Positions 25,838 to 35,600 of a DNA stretch of 64,000 nucleotides are shown piece after piece. Positions within the stretch are counted from its first letter, which is position 1, and the number at the start of each line of letters is the position of its first letter. The notes beneath the pieces are model-generated. The model ran no database searches. It was not told where the DNA came from and saw only the letters and a list, made by a program, of their open reading frames with translations. Position numbers and translations under genes: made by a program. This stretch comes from Chiloscyllium plagiosum (taxonomy: Eukaryota): assembly GCF_004010195.1 (NCBI RefSeq), contig NC_057719.1, positions 67,979,873 through 68,043,872 on the forward strand, in the 5' to 3' direction.

Positions 25838-27384
25838 ACTTGGCTGCCTGGCATTCTGGAAAGGCTTTTGCTCCAGAATCCCAAAGCTGGGAGTAATCTC
25901 GCTAAATTGGTGCCAACTGGACTTTCCCACCCTCACTTTCCAGAAGCTGCTTTATTTCTGTTGGTATTGGTAATTGGGCAAACATCCTTGCAGCATAAAT
26001 AGCTTGTTCAGTGGGTACTACTCCTGACTCACTGGTTGTCTTTCTTAGCCACTGTTGCTTTCCTTACTCCTCACAATCCCTTGGTGAATGTGCTTGCTTA
26101 TTTTCAGCAACATTATTATTTATCAACATGAATTAAAGCTTGAATTACATTAAAGAAAAATGTTAAAAGTTCACCTAACTGGATTTGTTGTTAACAGCCA
26201 GTTGGATTAAAATACTCATTAATTGTATCAGAAGGAATAGGTATGAGACTAAAGCAGTGTTCATGACTGTACTCTCATGTTCCTTTTTGCCCAAGTTAAT
26301 CGATGGAGGAAGACATAGTGCCTATGTCCTTGTTACCTTTGTTTTATTGGAAATCGTAACTGGCATGATGTTATATTTTCTAAGTTAATCCCTAATGTAA
26401 AATAGCTGAAAATTAATTTGACTGTTTAAAAAAACTGGCTTATTTCTGATTTTTAAACAAAAGACATGTTGCGTTGACTATAGAATTGTGCCCTTCTGCA
26501 TTGACTTGGGAAAAGCTTTATTGAAGCTTTGATTTTGAATCACAGTGCTTTGATTTGATGTTGATATGCACCTGCTGCTTTCCGTCAATTTATAAAATGT
26601 TATTTATTCATGGGAATTGTATACAGTTTGTGGAGCTTATTTCTCTGTTGGGGTCAGGAATGACACTATAGTGTGAAATGAAACAAGAAGACCAGAACTC
26701 TTGCCTTAAGTGCTATGGTGGTCAGAGAGAGTTCTGATTTTATTTAGCGGGTTAAAACTTTAATCTAATTGTTGTACAATAAAGATTAGTGAATTTTAAA
26801 TCATGCAAGAATAATTTATGTGCTCTCTCTGCTGATGGCAGTGATTGTAGCCGTGGTTTAGACCGACAGGTGATATCTGAGTGCCTTGCCCAAGACACTT
26901 TTTTTATTTGTGAGTTCATACCGAGTATTCAGATATCAGACACTGCAGCCAAACTTGATGTTTTTATTACTCAAATTCAACATAAACTTACATTCAAAAC
27001 ACATTATTGTCAAGAAACTAAAATTAGAAGGCTTATTTTTATTATCAACTTCATCCAAGTTCAGGAATGCTAAAGCCATTTGTGTTACCTCTTACTTGGC
27101 TCAAGTCAGCTAGCTCAGCACAAGCTAATGGTTGAATCCTTAAGAGGAATCAGAAGGAAAATGTTTAAATAGCTTCTTAAAAGAACTACTTAAATGGGTA
27201 CAGACACAAGGCTGACACAAGAATAATAGACCAAGTGGTGTAAGTTTGCAATTCTATGAACATGGGCTCCTCGAGTCTGGCAAATTCAGTCCCATAGTAC
27301 AAACTTTGCTTAATCAGTGAAAAAGTTGAGGAACTGCTTATAGAATTTAGTTTTGATATCCATAATATTAAATTCTTGCACAAT

Positions 27385-27655
27385 AGAATCATACAACATT
27401 GAAACAGACCCTTTAGTCCAACCAGTCCATGCTGACCATGTTCCCAAACTAAACTAGTCTCTTCTGCCTTCAGTTGGCCCATATCCCTCCAACACCTTTA
27501 CTTTTCATGAACTTATCTTTATGTCTTTTGAACAGTGAAATTGTACCTTAGTCCACCACTTTCTCTGGCAGTTCATTCCACACACATATCACTCTCTATT
27601 GCCATTCATGCCCTTTTAAATCTTTTACCTCTCACCTTAAAAATATGCCCCATAG
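27385..27655 (-). mobile_element. CR1-type LINE 3' tail in intron 10
   Basis: atagaatcatac...gaaacagaccctttagtccaaccagtccatgctgacc...ccaccactttctctggcagttcattcca; same family as 47137-47753 and 61042-61333. Confidence 0.85.
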
Positions 27656-28109
27656 TGCCTTCCTACTTAGAATGCAATTAAAGAAGGTTCTGAAATTAGT
27701 TGTAATTTATTAAGAAAACTCTGGGCAAAATGCCCAACTACATAATTTTGGATTAAAAGATAAGGACACACAAGCATGAGAAATACTTTATTCTAATTCT
27801 AAATAAGTTAATAAATCTTCTTGGTGTTGGTGAGGGGACCTTCACTTTGCCGCATTACGCTGTACACTGCTTCTGCCTTTGTAATCTAAGACTGCAGCTT
27901 TAGAATGTTTCCACCTCTCAGGGGTTTGTCAAAATGGGTAAGCGGGTGCTATAGTGAATGCATTGGGTGCTCAACCTATTTTTTAATGGTACTTGCTTTT
28001 TAAGTTTCTGGTGTTTGACAACGTATTGTGTTTGCTGTTTCAGGAGTAACTGCTGATTGTTTGGTATGTCTTTTCTTTCTCCTCTGTGTCCACGTTTGAC
28101 TACAATCAG

Positions 28110-28220
28110 GTTTTCTTCTTGATCCTTCAGTAAGCCAAGGAGCAGCATACAGTCCAGAGGGCCAACCAATGGGAAGTTTTGTATTGGATGGTCAGCAACA
28201 TATGGGAATTCGGCCTGCTG
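28110..28220 (+). CDS. MEIS2: MEIS2 exon 11: (G)[36 protein letters not shown]; second acceptor at 28131 removes 7 codons (GFLLDPS)
   Basis: Acceptors tcag/G 28110 and ccttcag/T 28131, 21 nt apart; donor CTG/GTAAGC. The GFLLDPS option is characteristic of MEIS2 rather than MEIS1 or MEIS3. Confidence 0.97.
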
Positions 28221-28482
28221 GTAAGCTACGTGCAGTGCTTCCATGCCCTAAGTGTAGCGTCATCACCTTCTCTATCCCTCCCATCCACTTCATCTGTCAT
28301 GCCCACCATCACAGGGTTTTCCTCTCTGCCTGCTGCCTGCCTTGCCTGTCTTCTTTGCACCCAGGGGAAAACAAATCCTTCAGACAAGAGATTTGTGAGG
28401 AATTTATCCACCCCACGGATCCTAAAATACACACAAAAATTATAAGGGATCTTTTTCACTATCGAGTAGTCGACCTTGCTGA

Positions 28483-28578
<96 letters not shown>

Positions 28579-28699
28579 CCTTCATCTAGTTAACCAATCG
28601 CAAAGCACGGGGGAAGTAAGTACGATCAGGCTGTTTATTCTGTCTATTACTGTAGTGCAATTTTTTTAATACCCACCCCCCCACACCAATTTTTTTCTC

Positions 28700-29040
28700 C
28701 TTGCCCGTATTTGCATGCTATTCCAATGAAGGGCTAGTTTTAATGATTTATCTCATGACATTTGACACCATTTTGCAAGCTGCAAAAGGTCAGCTAACTA
28801 ATTTACAGTATATAGAGCAAATTAGGTCTGGAGTAATTCTGTTTAATTATGAAGCCCAGAGAATCAAACTCAAGCAGCAAATGAACAATTGGGACATTTA
28901 ACGGAAAAGAAACATCTTCAGGGCACCAATTGACTTGAGAGAAATTAACCAGGCTTCATGAAGCGATAAAAACGAGAAGTGAGACTGTCCTTTGAGTGAC
29001 ATAAATCTGTCAGGAAACGATTGATGCATGAATTATCCTA
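28700..29040. promoter_or_regulatory. Candidate conserved element in intron 12 (splicing and/or enhancer)
   Basis: TGCATG 28712-28717 and 29025-29030, TGATTTAT 28744-28751, ACTAAT 28797-28802, TGAGTGACATAAATCTGTCA 28993-29012. Confidence 0.5.
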
Positions 29041-30925
29041 TATGCAAAAATGAAATGTTGCAGTTCCCAATCTGCAGTCTAGATATATTGTGATATATGG
29101 TGCTGCAATATATTTCTCACTGGGAGCACCACCACCCCCACCCAACACCCCCCTCCAACCACCCAGCACCACCATATCCCCATCCCATACCCAAAAGTAT
29201 ATCTGTTGCCTCCTGAGCAAGATTAAAATAAAGAGAACAGAAAATGTAAAACAAAACAGACATTAAGAGGTGACTGCAAGTGAAGGAATGGAATCTGCAG
29301 TGAAGCTGATTGGCTGCAGTCTAAATAATCCATCAGTTGGAGTGTGTCCAATGTATGCGATGTTTGAGGAATTCAGATACAGCAAACAGCAATACATCAC
29401 TGAGGCATCAGAGCATGAAGTTTTATTTAATAACTGAAACTCTTTGCTACCATTGAGCTTAATGCTTACATTTGAAAAAGAATGGCAGACTATTTCATTA
29501 TTAAACCATCTTCAATCCTTTTGTACTCAAAGTTGTATGTCCAACCCACAAAAAATGACTTTCTCTGCAGTCGCTCAACAGCTCTGGATTGTTTCAGATT
29601 ATTTAAAATAATGGTTATAGTTTCTTGTGAGATATTTGAGGAGGTTACCATAGTACATTAGTGATGGAGTCAATTTCGTGCCTTCCTTTCTTTATTGATG
29701 CAGTTAGAAAAATGTTAAAAGCAGTGTTCCCTAAAACAGCCATTGAGACAACATTTTCTCAGCTTGGATAATTCTTAATATAGGCCATATAATTTCTGGC
29801 CTATTTAATTACATAACATATTTTATGCTTCATAACCAATTACATTAATGGCTTAATACAGATAATATTATCCTCCTTTTATTTGATTATGGAGCCACAC
29901 AATATGGTATATTTGGTACTTAATTATCATCATCCAGTGAGCATGCCGCTGTGCTAGAATAAACAGAGCTGAGTCGGACTTATTAAAGAGTGCAGACAGT
30001 ATTATTGTCTCAGTATGGTTTTACCACTGTGGCTACTAATGTACTGCAAATCTACCTCAAACAATGACAACGGCTTATAGGTTTTTTAGATGACTAGCTT
30101 ATAGTGTCACTAAAACCTATTCTAAATCTTCTTGGTAGGTGCTAGAGGGTGGTTGGAGGTTAAGTGAATTTCCTCTATTTTAGATCTGCTTCATAAACTA
30201 TGTTGATAGTTATTTTGCACTAAAATGAGCTCAAGTTAGATGAATGAAATCTGTGATTTAAATAATACTTTCTGGCAGGTATTTCCTCCTAAATGCCCAT
30301 ATCCCATTCTCTGAGCAACAGGTATTGGCTCCTTTCTTCCCTTTCTGTTTCCCTTGTGTTTGCAGAGAGGCAAATACAAGGGCCCATTCTACTGGTAAAA
30401 ATATTCCTAAAATAGATTGAGAAGCACTTTCCTCATTTTCCTGAAAAGGCTATTAATTTTATGTGATTTTCTTTATTTGGAAATACTAAGTGTGTGAAAG
30501 CGAGCTCTCATTGCATCAGATTTCTTGCATGTAGATGTCTTCTTGGTCCCTTGCCATATTTCTTTGAACAATATCTTCTCTGATTCTGCTTAATCTTTAG
30601 GTTTTTTTCTATCTGTCCCTGTATTCGTTTTGCCTGTAACTTGATCTTTTTTCTTTCATGAACCGATGTATCTCCTGTGACCTATGAGGAAGATTGAACG
30701 CGTGGTTATTGAATTAATCATTGTGACTAGTGCATTTGATTTATTATCATAAAATATCTGCAAATGTGTAATAATATACATCAATAACACTGTAACTCTA
30801 TATGTACAGAGATGTATGTGCAGACCATATAAGGAAACTGCTAATGAGACATAAGAATAAGCTCTTAAGGAATGCATTTTTCAAAAATGTTAACAAATTT
30901 TAATTGTTTGCTCTTGCCTTTTCAG

Positions 30926-31212
30926 GTTTGCAAGGCATGCCAGGGGACTATGTATCTCAGGGTGGTCCTATGGGTATGAGTATGGCGCAGCCAAGTTACA
31001 CTCCTCCCCAGATGACCCCACACCCTGCCCAGTTAAGACACGGACCCCCAATACATTCCTATCTCCCAAGTCACCCACATCACCCGGCCATGATGATGCA
31101 TGGAGGACCCCCGCCTCACCCTGGAATGCCAATGTCAGCACAAAGCCCCACAATGTTAAATCCTGTGGACCCCAATGTTGGGGGACAGGTTATGGATATC
31201 CACGCCCAATAG
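30926..31212 (+). CDS. MEIS2: MEIS2 terminal exon 13 coding part (when exon 12 is skipped): (G)LQGMPGDYVSQGGPMGMSMAQPSYTPPQMTPHP...VGGQVMDIHAQ*
   Basis: Acceptor ctcttgccttttcag; ORF 30904-31212 matches the MEIS2 long C-terminal activation domain ending MDIHAQ. Confidence 0.97.
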
Positions 31213-32312
31213 TATAAGGGAAAAAAAAGAGAAACAAAAATGTAAGACTTTAAACTTTGAACAGATGTTGACACTTAATGGAATTCCAGACGAGCTGTGA
31301 TTTTGTTTTCACTCGACGCCAGCAGAGGACCAATGGCAAGGCCAGGCAAATGTGAAGCCAAAAGCTTTCTTCACATGAAATTAACTCCAATGTAAAGTTC
31401 CTCTGGAAAAGGACTGAAAGATTTATTACTACTGTAGCATAAATATAGGAACTAAGTTAACTTGTACATTTCTGTTGATCACTCTATTTCTGTTGCTTCC
31501 AATAGTTTTTAGAAAGAAAGTTATCCTTTTTCCACACTATGTGTGTTGTTCCCAAAATGGTTGTCCTCGTACAGCAAATGGAGCCACGTTTCAGACCAGA
31601 TTGCCCAGATCCAGCCACCTTGCCATAGAGGAAGGAGCTAATATGAAGATCTGTGAGACTTCTTTGGATGCAGCCATAGGCGAAAGGTTTTGAGAATGCA
31701 CTAACATACCTAATTTTCTCTGGAACAAATGTGGCCTGTCACAACAAAGCCTACTTGGTCCACCTGAAGGGCTTATGTCTGATCATATTCTGGATTGACT
31801 CTTCTTCAAAGAGCTTGTTGATGGAAACCTGAAGATGAATTAGCAGCTTCCTGCTATGGCTGTGGGCCTCAGCATTGAGAAAATGTTGTCACAAAAACAA
31901 CTAAAAATGCTCTTGGGCAGACTTTTCTTAATGAAATTTCCTTTTGCTGGTCTTGCACCAAAACAGACCTTTTTAAATGAACTCAAACTGCTTGGAACAA
32001 GCAACGATAAAAAAATACTGTAACATACTTGGTACAGAGAGTTCAGTATATTAATTGTTACATGTTAGATATCTATGTGTTTACCTCAATGAGAAATAAC
32101 GAATGTTTTGCTAGTATCAAATCTGCTGTGGAATTGGTATTGTATGTCAATGAATTCCTTACTTTTATCAGCACGTGTCACTAGAAGAAAATGCTGTTTT
32201 CCTTGCGAGCTTTGTCAGATTACATAAATACTTGTATGAGGACTGTGACGTATGTTTAAAAGGTGTTCAGTCACAAAATGCCGTAATAAATATTTCATTT
32301 TTAGATTTTTTT
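31213..32312 (+). other. MEIS2: MEIS2 3'UTR
   Basis: Follows TAG 31210-31212. Contains blocks I recognise from vertebrate MEIS2 UTRs (cagatgttgacacttaat; ggaactaagttaacttgtacatttctgttgatcact; aatctgctgtggaattggtattgtatgtc). Ends after AATAAA with a T-rich tract. Confidence 0.8.
32285..32290 (+). terminator. Polyadenylation signal AATAAA (main MEIS2 3' end); a second AATAAA lies at 33195-33200
   Basis: Canonical hexamer followed by T-rich downstream sequence (ttttagatttttttctgttt), with upstream TGTA motifs. Confidence 0.75.
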
Positions 32313-32699
32313 CTGTTTAATAACACCTGTAATGGCTTCAACTTTCTTGGGACATAACAACAGACTCCTCCAGAAGTGTGTGCAGCTGAAGTTTTTGTTT
32401 CTGTTGTTGGATAGTTCAGTCCTGTAAGGTTCACATTTACCCCACGGATGTGAGGTTTTCTATTTGATCCCAGGCACTCCTGAGTGATGTTTGAAAGGTG
32501 TGCTTGTCACTTCTTCTGATGTGGCCATTGGTTTCACAGAAACAGGAGAATTTTTATCTTTCTTTCTGTAGCATGAGCAGAAAAGCAACTGGAAATTCTA
32601 AGCTCAATGAAAAGTAAGCTTGTGGAATATTTTACCAGCGTTTAGAGAAAAAAAAGACAGGGTAACTTACGAAAAAAAATTGTACAGCATTTTCTACAC

Positions 32700-35600
32700 A
32701 AACATACCGGGAGCATACAAAATCCGGCTGTTCGCGTGAAGACCCTTTATCAGTAGCTATTGAGTTTAAGTCGAAATTGAAAAATGAAACGAGCCACCAA
32801 ATTCAACTTTACAGAATCTTTCTATATCTGCGTGTCGCGATGTTTACAACTCTAGAGTCCCCCAGAATTGTGTTTTCACTGGTTAGTTAAATCTTGAAAG
32901 TTCATTTTAAGTAAGCCAACTTTGACACAGCTCTTTCTCCCCACTCATCCAGTCCATACTCCCACCAAAGCGAGCGTGTATAACTGTCGGCTGATTGCAG
33001 CCAGGATTTCTGATCCTCAAAAATCAAGCAGCCTGAATTGCTCCAGAGATTTTGTTTGCAAAGTCAGGATGGTGGCGGGACTGGGAATGACATATTTATA
33101 GAAATGTGGAAAATCAGATCGGGCAGCATTTGAAGTGAGTTATATTGTATTTAAAACCCTGGAGGTTTCTTTTTTTTTGTTTACAGAGCTTCTTAATAAA
33201 AGTTTATTTAAAAAAAAGAACCTGGGTTGATACCATTAAAATATGTCATGTACGAACAGTCATGGATAAAGTTTTTTTGGCATGTTTCAATATGTTGTAT
33301 TGTGAGCTGCAGACACCAAATGGGCCAGCTGATGTGTTTTATTATAAAGTGTTTTGCTTTTGGAGACTCGTATTTACTGAACGTCAGTCATATTCATTTC
33401 CATTTCATTCACAGTCTTTCACATTTCGGGAACTAACCTAATCCCTATCGCCTGTTGCAACTTCTCTTCCAACCGAGAGTTTGGTGGGGAAATTTCGGTT
33501 CTAGTTGTCCAACTTTTTTAAAATTCGCTCTAGCGCACTGCTCTCTTCGCTCGTTTGCATTGCGAATTCCAGCTCCCCCGCCCTACTCCAGACTGGTAAA
33601 ACAGGCTCGGGAATTCAAGGCAAAACATCGTCCTTCCCCCGTTCAGAAAGCAACCGCGCGTTTCTTGTGCAGTGAGCATTTTGAACCTTGTCACTTTTTT
33701 GTGCTTTTTAGTTCCTGTGTCCCTTGGTGTGCAGTGCTGCAGCAGCCGCCGCATGACCTCCTCCTCAAATATATATGGTGCTTGTGACAATCCAAAATCA
33801 TCTCTGACCCCAAGTACGTTCGTACACACACAAAAAGCAAACTTCTCCAAACTAAGAGAAAAAAAGAAAGCCCTTCTATTTTGCCGTTAACCCAGGCAGT
33901 GGGATCGCTTTCGGTGTTTATTTACAAGAGTTGGTCTTAGGTTTATTCGGTTGACTATTCGTTTATAAATTAAAACAATGCATGTTGTTTATGTCCGGGC
34001 ATTCTTTGAGGCAGACCGCCAGCTAATGGTTCTCGTCGTAATCCTTAGTAGGACTGTTAGTTCCATTAATGGCGTGGGTCGCAAAATGAGCAACTGTGCT
34101 ACAGTTTAAAACTGAAAGGGGAACCGTTTGCTTTTGACTAAAATCACAAAGAATGATGAATTAAGCCTGGCGAGTGTGGACCCTCCCATTGTATCTCCTT
34201 CAGCTCGCTAAATCTGGTTCTTGAGCTATCACCACAAACAAATACGGCGTTTTACAATTTTATTTTTACTTTAAAATACAAATTCACATTTGCTTTGGAG
34301 CCAGAATCCACTTTAAGAAGACAAGTCTTTTGTGCTGACGGCAATGGTCTTTTTCTGTAGATCAGCCAGGAGCCTAGTCCGCCCCATCTCACTGGAAAGT
34401 TGGCTATGGGCTGCACTGTTAAATGTAATCTTGAGGAAATTGATTAAAATGAAACAAACAGTTCCACTAAAGCAATTTAAAGGCGGAAATCTATTTTAAA
34501 AAAATCAAAGTTCAACAAAAATTCTATTTACATAATTGACAACTGCAAATGCAAAACTATATTTTTATATCGCAAGTAAATTATAAATAAAACAAGGCAA
34601 GTCATCAGATTTCTTTAGATTTGATTACTGGAGCCCGTCCCCAATAAATTACTACAGAAATGAATGATGAGGCAATAATGGTTATGTCTTCACTACCAAC
34701 TTATTTACACTTAAGAATATGTTAGTACCAGCGGAGTAAAAGGCAGGACAGTTGAATCGTCTGTTTCCCCCACATTTGCCATTTTGGAATTTTTAAAAAA
34801 TAACCATTTTAGTTGTAAACATGTTACTATGGAGACTACGTGTATCCCAACCCCTAGAGCCCAGAGTGGGTCAGAGAAAACGCCGCTATTTCTGGAGATC
34901 ATTTATCACTGTCACTAGATAATGATTCCCGCAGCAAGCCCCTATTGATGTTTATAATTGCATTATCTCATATGGAATGATCAATGAAAACGGGAGCCAG
35001 GCATGGGATAATTAGAAAACGCTTCCAAACAAAAAAAACTTCTTGGTCCCTTTCAAAAGATAGCCCCCACCCCCATAAAAACCCTTTATAAACTCGATTC
35101 ACGTCTGGTTTTAGCCTTGGTCAGATTTTTTTTCGCCTCTAAATTCAGAAAGGTTACTATTCCGAAGTCTGAAATGTCCTCAAATAACCAATGTGAACAG
35201 GAGAAAATGAATCAATTCGGATTGTGTTACTGCCTCTCAAGGAAGTTATGACAAATTACCTGTGAACGCTTTCTGAAGAATCTTGGCTTTTAGCTCATCA
35301 CCCAAGTAAATCAATGCAAATAAATGGCTGGACTGCAGGTCTCAGTTCCACTCTGTATGTGCGCACTATTATCTACAATTCATTCGGCTCTCTTCTAAAG
35401 CTGTTACTTCTGATTTCGTCATTTGTCAGTGTTTATGTATGTTCTTTGATTTTAGAAGGTTTGTTTTCCAGCCTCAAGTGTAATCTACAAAATATTCACC
35501 AATTGAAAGCGAACGCGAACCTCTTTTGAGGACAATTAAGAGAGAGATTGATGCAGTAGTTTTGCGTTATCACAAAACTTCCAGTTCAAAATGTGTCCCA

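Noticed and set aside
31213..32312. miR-9 seed site in the 3'UTR
   Set aside because: Only ACCAAAA was seen, not the required ACCAAAG or CCAAAGA.
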